This document shows positions 54,062-62,778 of a DNA stretch of 64,000 bases, piece by piece (position 1 is the stretch's first letter; every line of letters begins with the position of its first letter). The notes beneath the pieces were generated by a model. The model had not been told where the DNA came from. It saw nothing but the letters and a program-made list of their open reading frames with translations, and ran no database searches. The position numbers were made by a program, and so were the translations under genes. Where the stretch lies: positions 124,001 to 188,000 of IMG/VR virus record IMGVR_UViG_3300022935_000005; one strand, given 5' to 3'.

Positions 54062-54853
54062 GTGCTTAGAGAAGCCAGGACCAGACTACATACATTATCT
54101 TACACTGAATTTGAGCGTGTCGCCACTGAGCTTTGCTGTTCTTCTTTAGAGGTTTTCCCGATATTCGAATGTGTCAAAGTATTTGCTCGCTTGAATAGCG
54201 TCGGTGATGTAACGTATGCTAGACACCCTGAAGACGTAAATAGAGATGACATATCTTTATTTGAAGTGTCATCCAGGATAAAAGACTCTGCTCGAGCGGC
54301 AGCTGTAGAGCTGGCACTAACAGAGCTCGAGAGTGCCTTAAAACTAGAGTGGCCCTTCTCGGCTGGTTCTTCGACGTGGTTACAACTAGAAATACTGCAC
54401 CCATCGATACAATCTCGTGCCGTCCAAAATAGTCCATCCATCGTGATCAGGAAAGCATGCCGACTTCGCACACGAGGAGGAAGGGTTATTTGCGAATCTT
54501 CTCCTGTCGTAGAGAGAATATTTGAAAGATTCAAGCCTCAGTGTCCACAATCACTCTCTACATTTAGCTTATTATGTGCACCAAGTATAACTTTGAAGAA
54601 TATCGCGGGTCATGGAGTTCTATCAGAAAGTGTAAAGTTGGCGTCTGAAGGTCTTTTAATGGAAGCGAGTTCGTATCTTACCAAAGCTTTGATTTACGAA
54701 AATAAAATGACAGAGTCTACACCCGGTTTCTTTTTCGAGTTCGGTGGAGAGCAAATCAGGGTAGTCAGCGATAAATACTTCAACAAGGAAGTAGGAAACT
54801 CTAGTAAGATGAACAGTACACTTCCAATACCGATAGCCGGGTGGGTAAAATGA
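54062..54853 (+). CDS. Hypothetical protein
   Basis: GTG start with SD AGGAG. Confidence 0.55.
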   Translation: MLREARTRLHTLSYTEFERVATELCCSSLEVFPIFECVKVFARLNSVGDVTYARHPEDVNRDDISLFEVSSRIKDSARAAAVELALTELESALKLEWPFSAGSSTWLQLEILHPSIQSRAVQNSPSIVIRKACRLRTRGGRVICESSPVVERIFERFKPQCPQSLSTFSLLCAPSITLKNIAGHGVLSESVKLASEGLLMEASSYLTKALIYENKMTESTPGFFFEFGGEQIRVVSDKYFNKEVGNSSKMNSTLPIPIAGWVK

Positions 54854-55080
54854 AAAACTGGGAAATCATAGAAGAAGCTATTGAGCTTGGGTCCCGATGT
54901 GAAGTCGAGACTTGGCTCGAATTAAAAAAGATGTTGCTGCTCACTCTGCCGGCTATGGAGAGAACAAAATTTTCCACTAGAGACCCGGACACTAAAATGC
55001 AATCCTTAAACCAGCTAGAAAAAGAAATAATTGATAATTATAGAAGGAAGACAGGCATCGACTTGGAGGTACCCAGGTGA
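54850..55080 (+). CDS. Hypothetical protein
   Basis: ORF in operon. Confidence 0.55.
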   Translation: MKNWEIIEEAIELGSRCEVETWLELKKMLLLTLPAMERTKFSTRDPDTKMQSLNQLEKEIIDNYRRKTGIDLEVPR

Positions 55081-56285
55081 GTAATCAAAATGAGACATTT
55101 ATAAGGGAGCAAGTTCGTAAGATTCTCCTGGAGTTTGACGGTGATGCGGCTTGGGCCGTCGACAGATTCGGCGCAGGCCCTCGGTTGAATGTGATGAAGG
55201 CGTTGATTATGCCCTTTGTCGACGTTTTCAAGGTCGCATTTGTAGCAGCAAAAGACATCACATCAGCCGCCCTTGACATCACTCACTATGCGCTAACGTT
55301 TGATGGCGAAAAGCAGAAAAACATCAAGGAACGCTTTCGACAGAGAAGAGAAAAATACAAGGGTCAAATGAAGAACGCCATGAAGAACACAGATGCAGCC
55401 CTAAACAGCCCTGATGCTAAGATGTTTACGTTCTTAGCAGCACCACAGCTTGTTCTTGCAAAAGCCGCCGGCGGCCTTGCGTGGAGTGCTTCAGAGCCAG
55501 TTAGAGACAAGGTCGAAGATTTCTTTGGTGGTTCTTTAGGTATAGGCGACCGCGCGATATCTGCGTCGACTGATGCTGATAAATCACCCGGCTTAATGGC
55601 AGACCTTAAGAGAGCGTTCTTTGGAGAGGGACTTGACGAGATTGATGAGATAGAGCTGATCTTGATAGAGCAGGAAAAGCAGAAAGACTTTAAGCCACCG
55701 ACAGAAGATGAGTTAGCAGAAATGGCTGCTGAATATATCAAGGAGTCCGGGTTCGATAAACAGATAGATGAGGCGTGGGACTCTATCATAGAAGATAAGC
55801 AGAAAGAGATTGACGAAGTCTTAGAGTCTCAACGTGCAAAAATAGAAGGCTTAACAGCTTTATCAATGGCCGAAACCCTAGAAGAAGCAGAAACAGCCGT
55901 AGGAAATTTAAAATCTCTAGACATAGATTTGTCAGAGCCCTTCACAAAAGTTAAAGAAGCGCTAAAGCAAGAAGCTGAAAAACTCAAGGCAGGGGGTCCA
56001 GAAACTGAAAAAATCATTGCCGCTCTACGAAAGTCACCCGAGGGTAAGGGGCTTGCCAAAGATGCTCCGCCCGAAGAGTTCCTTCCGATAATTGAAGCTA
56101 GTCTACTGGGCAGCACATTCAGCTCAGTGGTCGAGGATGCCAAGAACGAAGGTGCTGGTGAACTACTAGGCTTCGTCGCGGAAATGTCACCAGACGATCT
56201 AAAAAAGTTATCCTCTATGAGCCCTCGTGGAAAAGAGTACGCCGATATGATTTTCAAGTTTAGAGATGATCTCTTAAGCGTCTGA
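55077..56285 (+). CDS. Hypothetical protein, probable virion-internal
   Basis: FIREQVRKILLE N-terminal motif. Confidence 0.6.
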   Translation: MSNQNETFIREQVRKILLEFDGDAAWAVDRFGAGPRLNVMKALIMPFVDVFKVAFVAAKDITSAALDITHYALTFDGEKQKNIKERFRQRREKYKGQMKNAMKNTDAALNSPDAKMFTFLAAPQLVLAKAAGGLAWSASEPVRDKVEDFFGGSLGIGDRAISASTDADKSPGLMADLKRAFFGEGLDEIDEIELILIEQEKQKDFKPPTEDELAEMAAEYIKESGFDKQIDEAWDSIIEDKQKEIDEVLESQRAKIEGLTALSMAETLEEAETAVGNLKSLDIDLSEPFTKVKEALKQEAEKLKAGGPETEKIIAALRKSPEGKGLAKDAPPEEFLPIIEASLLGSTFSSVVEDAKNEGAGELLGFVAEMSPDDLKKLSSMSPRGKEYADMIFKFRDDLLSV

Positions 56286-56341
56286 TTTCTTTTATATCTG
56301 CAAGTTAGTCGATATAATGTCTTCAATCACGGGAGCTAACT

Positions 56342-56698
56342 ATGCAAAACAATAATCAAAGAAACTGGATACCTGAAATCTATTATGAAGAGACAGATGA
56401 GGGTATCACATCTCATATTCCTTTTATATCAGTGCCAGCTAATGAGCAAATGCCGAATGTTCTATTCATGTTTGAGTCTAGGGAGACTGGGGAAGAAGAA
56501 GTGGGTCCTGATGGCGAACCAATGCCGATTGTAGATCTAGACCTTCACCAGTATGCAAATATGAATATTTTACGTGATAATTTGCCAGCAAGTGTTTATG
56601 ATACTGTAAGGCAAGCTCTTGGCCTTGAGCCTCTCGCGGAGGCCACAGAGAAAGGAAAAAAGATAACAGAGAGTGTGAGAGATAAGCTCTCTACCTAA
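56342..56698 (+). CDS. Hypothetical protein
   Basis: TATAAT upstream and SD GGAG. Confidence 0.65.
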   Translation: MQNNNQRNWIPEIYYEETDEGITSHIPFISVPANEQMPNVLFMFESRETGEEEVGPDGEPMPIVDLDLHQYANMNILRDNLPASVYDTVRQALGLEPLAEATEKGKKITESVRDKLST

Positions 56699-56709
56699 TC
56701 TGACATTCG

Positions 56710-56737
56710 TGTAAATTGCTGTTAACTAGTGTATAAT
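56710..56737 (+). promoter_or_regulatory. Sigma70-like promoter TGTAAA-N16-TATAAT
   Basis: Best consensus match; upstream of the nuclease. Confidence 0.7.
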
Positions 56738-56772
56738 AATCCTGTAAGTCATTCAACAGGAGGTGCTAGTTT

Positions 56773-57438
56773 ATGCGACAATACTTGAACCGCGAGAGAT
56801 CGGTAGAAGCTATAAAAAATATCAAATCTCTTTTCTCAGATCTTGACGGCGTGTACAGCAAGTATGGAATCGATATCAGTCGAGATGTTGGTCGAAAGAA
56901 TATTTTGATTTCCGCCGCTCAGGAACACTTCTTTGCGCAAGCCATCGCGAGCCTTGTTGGTGAGTGCTCAAATGACGGCCGCACTGGAATGGCTGATATT
57001 GTTATCGACAGTTTAGACGACAGAGAAGTTGAGTGTAAGGTCGTATGTCAAGGAAAGAAGGGATCTTGGTCTCTTCAAGCCGACAAAGCCTCTCTGGAAA
57101 GAAAGGGAAGCTGCGATTTTTTATATCTTCTTTTTGACAGAGATCACGAAAACGTAGCAGTGTTTTTATTCTCTGATCTTGTAGCAGATGATTTTTACGA
57201 TCCAGCACCAGGATCGAGGGGCAAAGCTCGACTTAAGAAATCCTCAGCGTTTAAGAAATGCTTGCCTATCGTAGGTGACTTCCAGAATCTCCGTGAAGAG
57301 TACGTAAGAAAGTATACCGCTAGCGTCTCCGCCGCCGAAACACCGGCTCAAAAAACTAAAGCTGAACAAAAGCTGGAAATGTGGTACAATAAAGAAGATT
57401 CATATCGTATCAAACTGGAGAGTGTCAATGAGTTATAA
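56773..57438 (+). CDS. PD-(D/E)XK restriction-endonuclease-like nuclease
   Basis: QEHFF...GMADIV...EVECK pattern. Confidence 0.55.
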   Translation: MRQYLNRERSVEAIKNIKSLFSDLDGVYSKYGIDISRDVGRKNILISAAQEHFFAQAIASLVGECSNDGRTGMADIVIDSLDDREVECKVVCQGKKGSWSLQADKASLERKGSCDFLYLLFDRDHENVAVFLFSDLVADDFYDPAPGSRGKARLKKSSAFKKCLPIVGDFQNLREEYVRKYTASVSAAETPAQKTKAEQKLEMWYNKEDSYRIKLESVNEL

Positions 57439-57925
57439 AGACTTTCCTGTAGGGAGCGTTGTCTATTTTCTACACAAAGAAAGAGTTGTACCCGCACAGG
57501 TTTACGAAAAGATAGTCAGAACATCGATGGACGGATCAAAATCTACGTATCTTGTGAAGGTTAGGTCGAAGTCTAAGGCCCCAGCTCAAGATGGGTTTAC
57601 TGTATTTGAACTTGATCCATCGAACATATCTGTGTTTCAAACCCCAGACGAGATCAAGCAGTTTATGGTCGAAAGAGCGACCGAAGCAGTTTCTAGTTTA
57701 GTGGATCTTGCTGTACAGGCATCCTCAATCTTTGAAAATGTTGTTTCACCTGCCACTGCTGATGCGAGCTTACCTACCGAGCCTGACTCCGTTAAAGAAG
57801 ACCACGAATCCTGGCACGTTCCCGCCGCCGAGCGACCCCTAAAGGGTGCTTCTTCAAAGCCCAATGCCAACGAATACGCAGAAGTAGACTTAGGAAACGG
57901 GCAAAAAGCAAGAATTAAAATGTGA
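57428..57925 (+). CDS. Hypothetical protein
   Basis: ORF with a disordered C-terminal region. Confidence 0.6.
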   Translation: MSYKDFPVGSVVYFLHKERVVPAQVYEKIVRTSMDGSKSTYLVKVRSKSKAPAQDGFTVFELDPSNISVFQTPDEIKQFMVERATEAVSSLVDLAVQASSIFENVVSPATADASLPTEPDSVKEDHESWHVPAAERPLKGASSKPNANEYAEVDLGNGQKARIKM

Positions 57926-57931
57926 GGAAAT

Positions 57932-58771
57932 ATGAGACATCTAATTCTAGATGCTAACAACTTGCTGTTTCGCGCGCGCCATGCGTGCTATCAGCGAAAT
58001 TATGACCACGTGATTATTCACACATTCTTTCGGAGCATCAAGCCGATCGTAGAAAGGTTTGATCCAGACTGTGTGTATTTTGTTCTCGATGGTTATCCGA
58101 AGAAGAGAATGGAGCTAGCATCTGACTACAAGGGAACTAGAGAGTATCACGATAAAGACAACTTTCGTGTCCAGCGCAAGAAGTCTGTCGCAATGATTAA
58201 AGAAAGTGTCCCCTTTCTTGTCATGCGTCATCCAGAGATGGAGGCAGATGATGTTATCGCTGATCTAGTTTTAAGAAAGCTGCCTGCTCAGGATGAGAAG
58301 ATTATTTGCTCCAGTGATACTGACTTTATCCAGCTTTGTCAAGTCCAGGGCAATGAGGTTAAGCTTTACAATCCTGTAAAGAAAGATTTCCGCGAACCAC
58401 CTGAGTACCCCTACGCTGAATGGAAGGCTCTACGGGGTGACGCCGCAGATAACATTCCTGGTCTTCGTGGAATCGGCAACAAAAGGGCGACCACTCTTCT
58501 TACTGAGGCAGATGCGCTCGCAGATTTCTTTGAGAAGAAGCCTGATATGAAGCCACAGTATCTTCATAATCTAGAAATGATTGAGCTAAGAGCGATGTCT
58601 GAAAAAGAGTTCGATGAGGTAGACATGTGGTTTGCGTCTGATTCACTTCAAACGCTCAGGGAAACCTTTACGTCAATGAACTTGAAAAGTATGATTACAG
58701 ACAAAGCTTGGAACAATTACACAAAGCCATTTGGAGGTCTGAAAGATGGACGAGAATGTTTTATCAAATGA
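57932..58771 (+). CDS. Second 5'-3' exonuclease / RNase H-like flap nuclease
   Basis: LDANN, YKGTR, EADD, SSDTDFIQL, GDAADNIPGLRGIG. Confidence 0.9.
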   Translation: MRHLILDANNLLFRARHACYQRNYDHVIIHTFFRSIKPIVERFDPDCVYFVLDGYPKKRMELASDYKGTREYHDKDNFRVQRKKSVAMIKESVPFLVMRHPEMEADDVIADLVLRKLPAQDEKIICSSDTDFIQLCQVQGNEVKLYNPVKKDFREPPEYPYAEWKALRGDAADNIPGLRGIGNKRATTLLTEADALADFFEKKPDMKPQYLHNLEMIELRAMSEKEFDEVDMWFASDSLQTLRETFTSMNLKSMITDKAWNNYTKPFGGLKDGRECFIK

Positions 58772-58937
58772 AGAAATCCAGCGATTAAGAAGCCTGGGCG
58801 TCTTGACAGAGACTGAGATCGCGATGAGGCAAGGAGATCTTCTTGTTGCTGTTGACGTAGTTTCTAACACCCGCCGCGTCGTTGATTCTTCTAACGTTAC
58901 AGAGAGTGTGTCTTCTAAAAGGTTACTAAAGGGATGA
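58746..58937 (+). CDS. Hypothetical protein
   Basis: SD GGAGG; 63 aa. Confidence 0.55.
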   Translation: MDENVLSNEEIQRLRSLGVLTETEIAMRQGDLLVAVDVVSNTRRVVDSSNVTESVSSKRLLKG

Positions 58938-60511
58938 TAGAACAAACATACAAGGTCGTCAGCTTCGGAGACGATGCCCGTGAACGAGTCCGTGTTGGTG
59001 TAGAGACATTAACGGATGCTGTAAAAGTTACGATGGGACCCAGCGGACACAACGTCTTGATTGAGCAGCCTTCTGCTCCCCCTATATTGACAAAGGACGG
59101 TGTCACAGTCGCTAGAGCAGTGAACTTGCGAGATAAATTTGCGAATCTCGGCGTACAATTAGTTCGTGAAGCAGCACAAAGAACAGCTGAAGAAGCTGGT
59201 GATGGAACAACAACTGCGACTGTTTTGGCTAATGCTCTGTATAGAGAAGGACTGACCGCTCTTGATAATGGGACAGGTCTACGAGAGCTTCGAGAAGGAA
59301 TGCAGACTGCAACAACTGAGCTGTGCCAGAGAGTACAAGATGCTGCCACACCGATAACGTCGGATGACGAGCTTCTTAAAGTCGCAAACATATCTGTTAA
59401 TCATGAGACAGAGCTAGCTCGTTTGATTGTGGAAGCGATAAAAGCAGTGGGAGACCACGGCACAGTGACAGTTGACGAAGCAAAGGGGTTTGCGAGCTCT
59501 CTAGAGGTTGTGGAAGGATGCGAGCTCGATAGAGGATATACTTCGCCTTATTTTGTGAACAAGCCGGCTCGCATGGCTTGTGAGCTCCAGAATCCAGCTA
59601 TTTTGGTAACAGACCAGAAGATATCCGCTGTTAGTCATATTATGCATTTTATGGAGGAGTCGCATAGGGAGAACCGTCCTTTCGTGATAATTTCTCCTGA
59701 AGTTGCTGGTGATGCAATGCAGGCGCTAATTGCGAATACGACAAAGAACATTCTTAAGTCATGTGTTCTCGCAGCACCAGAATTTGGAAATGCACGTCTA
59801 GAATCTCTAAGAGACCTTTGCGTGTTATTGGGGTGCGAGCTCCTGACCGGTGATCCTTCAGGCTGGAGAGAAAAGAAGCTGTCCGACTTAGGCAGCTGTA
59901 AGAAACTATCGGCGTTTCGGTTTAGAACGATATTCGTTGGCGCCCGAGGTTCTAAAGAAGAGTGTGAGAACAGGTCTATGGAGATAAAAGATGCAATGGG
60001 GACGTCAGACGATGATCTAAGACAAGTTCTTTCTCGAAGGCTCCGGCGTCTTAATAGCGGAATCGGGATTCTACGAGTTGGCGGTTCAACGGAAGCGGAA
60101 ATTGGAGAGAGAAAAGATCGTGTTGAAGACGCTCTATACGCCACAAAAGCTGCGATGCAAGAAGGTATTGTGGCAGGGGGTGGTTCTCTTCTAGCAAAAC
60201 TAGCGAAGCAAAGACTAGACAGTAGCGAGAAAATCAGCGCCGGTGAGAAAGTTGTATACACCGCCGCGTGTGAACCGTTACTCCAGATTGCTTTAAACTG
60301 TGGATCGTCTCCTGACGAAATATTAGATGAGGTTGGTGAAAAACCCGCTGGGTACGGATATAATGGTATCAGTGGCGAGGTTTGTGATTTGCTTGATGCG
60401 GGTGTTATTGATCCTGTTAGGGTTACGAGACTAGCACTTCAAAATGCTTCAAGCGTTTCTATAAACCTACTCTCAATTGGCTGTACAATGGTAGAAGATC
60501 AGTTAGACTAA
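58934..60511 (+). CDS. groEL: GroEL-like chaperonin
   Basis: TMGPSG, TKDGVTVA, AGDGTTTAT, DRGYTSPYF, VGGSTEAE, EGIVAGGG, GVIDP. Confidence 0.95.
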   Translation: MIEQTYKVVSFGDDARERVRVGVETLTDAVKVTMGPSGHNVLIEQPSAPPILTKDGVTVARAVNLRDKFANLGVQLVREAAQRTAEEAGDGTTTATVLANALYREGLTALDNGTGLRELREGMQTATTELCQRVQDAATPITSDDELLKVANISVNHETELARLIVEAIKAVGDHGTVTVDEAKGFASSLEVVEGCELDRGYTSPYFVNKPARMACELQNPAILVTDQKISAVSHIMHFMEESHRENRPFVIISPEVAGDAMQALIANTTKNILKSCVLAAPEFGNARLESLRDLCVLLGCELLTGDPSGWREKKLSDLGSCKKLSAFRFRTIFVGARGSKEECENRSMEIKDAMGTSDDDLRQVLSRRLRRLNSGIGILRVGGSTEAEIGERKDRVEDALYATKAAMQEGIVAGGGSLLAKLAKQRLDSSEKISAGEKVVYTAACEPLLQIALNCGSSPDEILDEVGEKPAGYGYNGISGEVCDLLDAGVIDPVRVTRLALQNASSVSINLLSIGCTMVEDQLD

Positions 60512-60518
60512 AACAGGA

Positions 60519-60827
60519 GTGAGAAATCATATGTCTAAACCGCAACCAACCTTTAATTTTGACGACTTGGGTCTCTTTAGGGAAGATAAGATTCGAAGAG
60601 AAGTTTTTTCCCTTGAAAATAAAAGAGGTGCTCTTATTCGTTCAGCTCGCGAAAAGTCAGATAAGACAGAGTTAGAACGAATTAATGCGCAGATTTTGCT
60701 AGTTGAGAACGATATTTGTTATCTGCAAAGAGAGCTAGACGTTAGGGAAAAAAGAAAGAAAGCTCACGAAAAATTCCTACAAAAAAATAAGAATAATCGT
60801 GCAAGAGGCGGCAGAACTGTTGTATAA
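60519..60827 (+). CDS. Hypothetical coiled-coil protein
   Basis: ORF. Confidence 0.55.
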   Translation: MRNHMSKPQPTFNFDDLGLFREDKIRREVFSLENKRGALIRSAREKSDKTELERINAQILLVENDICYLQRELDVREKRKKAHEKFLQKNKNNRARGGRTVV

Positions 60828-60828
60828 T
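60800..60828 (+). promoter_or_regulatory. Sigma70-like promoter TGCAAG-N17-TATAAT
   Basis: Upstream of the sigma factor gene. Confidence 0.45.
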
Positions 60829-60882
60829 GTTTATGTTGGTTGGAATGGTTCTAGCTAACTGGTAACAAACAATGGAGGCCAA

Positions 60883-61641
60883 ATGATCTTAGATTCATAT
60901 TTTGAAAAAGTAGGGAACCACTCTCTTCTCAGCAGAGAAGAAGAGGTCGAGCTAGCGAAAGCTATCGAGAATGGCGACGCTCGAGCCCGTAACAAGATGA
61001 TTGAGTCAAATCTTCGTCTTGCTATTTCTATTGCGAAGAATTTTCGTGATAAGGGCTGTTCTTTTGAGGACCTGATTCAAGAATCTAACCTTGGACTTAT
61101 TCGCGCTGTCGATAGGTTCGACTGGCGTAAAGGCTTTAAGTTCAGTACCTACGCTGTGTGGTGGATTCGTCAAGCGGTCCAAGCTCATGTTGCAGGTCAG
61201 TCCGGTGCGATTAAGATGCCAACATCTGCTCGAGCCATCATGTATAAGGCGCAGAAGTTTCGAGAAGAGTACGCTGAGGAGTTCGGATGTGATCCATCGC
61301 CTGATGAAGTTGCAACCGCTGTAGGTATTCCAACTGAGACTCTTAGGGCGATCTACAAATCTGGATCAAATGCTGTCTCTCTGGATCGTCCACTTGCAAG
61401 TGATGATTCTGGTGGTCGTACCTTCGCAGAGGTTGTTGGTGGCGTCGATGATAGCGATCCTGGAGAAGAGCTAGATAAGGTAGCTGTCAGGAAGATTCTG
61501 ACTCAAGCGCTTAGAAAGCTGACACCCCGTGAGGAAAATATTATCCGTCTCCGGTTCGGCCTAAGTGAAGAACCTTCGAATCACCAAGAGTTTCCAGTAA
61601 CCGAACAAATGAAAGAAGAGATGAAAAGGAGAGTTAAGTAA
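60883..61641 (+). CDS. Sigma70-family sigma factor (regions 1.2-4.1; region 4.2 HTH missing)
   Basis: LLSREEEVEL, NLRLAISIAK, DLIQESNLGLIRAVDRFDWRKGFKFSTYAVWWIRQ, SLDRP, LTPREENIIRLRFGL, then an unrelated tail. Confidence 0.9.
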   Translation: MILDSYFEKVGNHSLLSREEEVELAKAIENGDARARNKMIESNLRLAISIAKNFRDKGCSFEDLIQESNLGLIRAVDRFDWRKGFKFSTYAVWWIRQAVQAHVAGQSGAIKMPTSARAIMYKAQKFREEYAEEFGCDPSPDEVATAVGIPTETLRAIYKSGSNAVSLDRPLASDDSGGRTFAEVVGGVDDSDPGEELDKVAVRKILTQALRKLTPREENIIRLRFGLSEEPSNHQEFPVTEQMKEEMKRRVK

Positions 61642-61919
61642 TGAGTATGCCAAAAGGATTCAAAGCACAGAATGGATATGCAACAGTCGGAGACCGCGGG
61701 GGTCTCGGGTATCGAGAGATTGCTGAGGTTATGACGAACAACGGCGATTCGATGAAGCATTCAGCAGCGCGTAATTATTTTCTGCAGGGTATGCGAAAGC
61801 TAGCCGCACCTCTCGCAGAAATGTACGGTATGTCTGCCGATGAGATTGATCGTATTGCTTTGGACCCACGCTTTCAAGAGAGTGTAGCTGATCTCATCGA
61901 AGAGGGAATCACGCTATGA
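61641..61919 (+). CDS. Small HTH protein resembling sigma region 4.2
   Basis: GLGYREIAEVM...HSAARNYFLQGMRKL; TAATG overlap with the sigma gene. Confidence 0.55.
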   Translation: MSMPKGFKAQNGYATVGDRGGLGYREIAEVMTNNGDSMKHSAARNYFLQGMRKLAAPLAEMYGMSADEIDRIALDPRFQESVADLIEEGITL

Positions 61920-62233
61920 TGACAGAGCTCTTCAAGAGACTTCAGTCTATTCATATGCGAACCGCGATCTTAGAAGTTCTAGAGTGGGATGATACTGCTC
62001 TAGAACGATTTATGGACGAATTAGAGTTAATGTTGATAGCTGCTCCTCCCAACGTGGAGAAGGCTCTTTTCTGGATTAGGGAAACTCCGTGGGATGCTTT
62101 TAATGGCACGAAAATGCCACACGAGATTTACGGCATTCTTGATCGGGAGATTAGAAATCAACAGAAGGTCTTTACACAGATGACTGAACTCTCTAGAATG
62201 ACTAGACTACCTCCAGACGAAGAGTGGAATTGA
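61916..62233 (+). CDS. Hypothetical protein
   Basis: ORF in operon. Confidence 0.55.
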   Translation: MMTELFKRLQSIHMRTAILEVLEWDDTALERFMDELELMLIAAPPNVEKALFWIRETPWDAFNGTKMPHEIYGILDREIRNQQKVFTQMTELSRMTRLPPDEEWN

Positions 62234-62234
62234 T

Positions 62235-62606
62235 ATGAGAAATCTCAAGGCGTATCTAAACCGCCGCCGCATAAAAGACTTAAAGAGTTGGGCTTTACAA
62301 AACAACATATTCAATGAAGAAGATCTAAACAGCTTCTGTGCAAGTAAAGAGTTGATGGTTGGAAATGCTATCTCTGAGTTCACGTTCTTTAAAGAGTTGT
62401 CTAAAGAAGAGAAGCCCAGCAAAGTTAGTCCAACAAACGAAACCACAGAGAACGCTTCTGATGCTAAGAGAACGTCGGAAAGCTGGCATACCCCTGCCGC
62501 TCTTCGTCCTTTAAGAAAAGCAACTCCTGAAGTTACTTCTAGCTCTGCTAGAAAGAAGACAAGAAAGCCGAGATCACGTAAGGGAACTGTTAAGGCAGAA
62601 GAATGA
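62235..62606 (+). CDS. Hypothetical protein with basic disordered tail
   Basis: ORF in operon. Confidence 0.55.
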   Translation: MRNLKAYLNRRRIKDLKSWALQNNIFNEEDLNSFCASKELMVGNAISEFTFFKELSKEEKPSKVSPTNETTENASDAKRTSESWHTPAALRPLRKATPEVTSSSARKKTRKPRSRKGTVKAEE

Positions 62607-62776
62607 TACCAAAGTCAGCAAAAGGGTGGTTGTTCCTAGCATTGACTTTTGTGAATGCAACTTTAACGACACATTTTTTGCTAGAGTCTTTGGTGACTCA
62701 ATCTGTCATCAGCGCGATATCGTGCTTTTTATGCGCGATTGTTTGGTCGACTGAAACAGAAACAAAGAAGGGATAA
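62603..62776 (+). CDS. Small two-TM membrane protein (57 aa, not in the ORF track)
   Basis: MIPKSAKGWLFLALTFVNATLTTHFLLESLVTQSVISAISCFLCAIVWSTETETKKG; ATGA overlap with the previous stop. Confidence 0.5.
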   Translation: MIPKSAKGWLFLALTFVNATLTTHFLLESLVTQSVISAISCFLCAIVWSTETETKKG

Positions 62777-62778
62777 AA

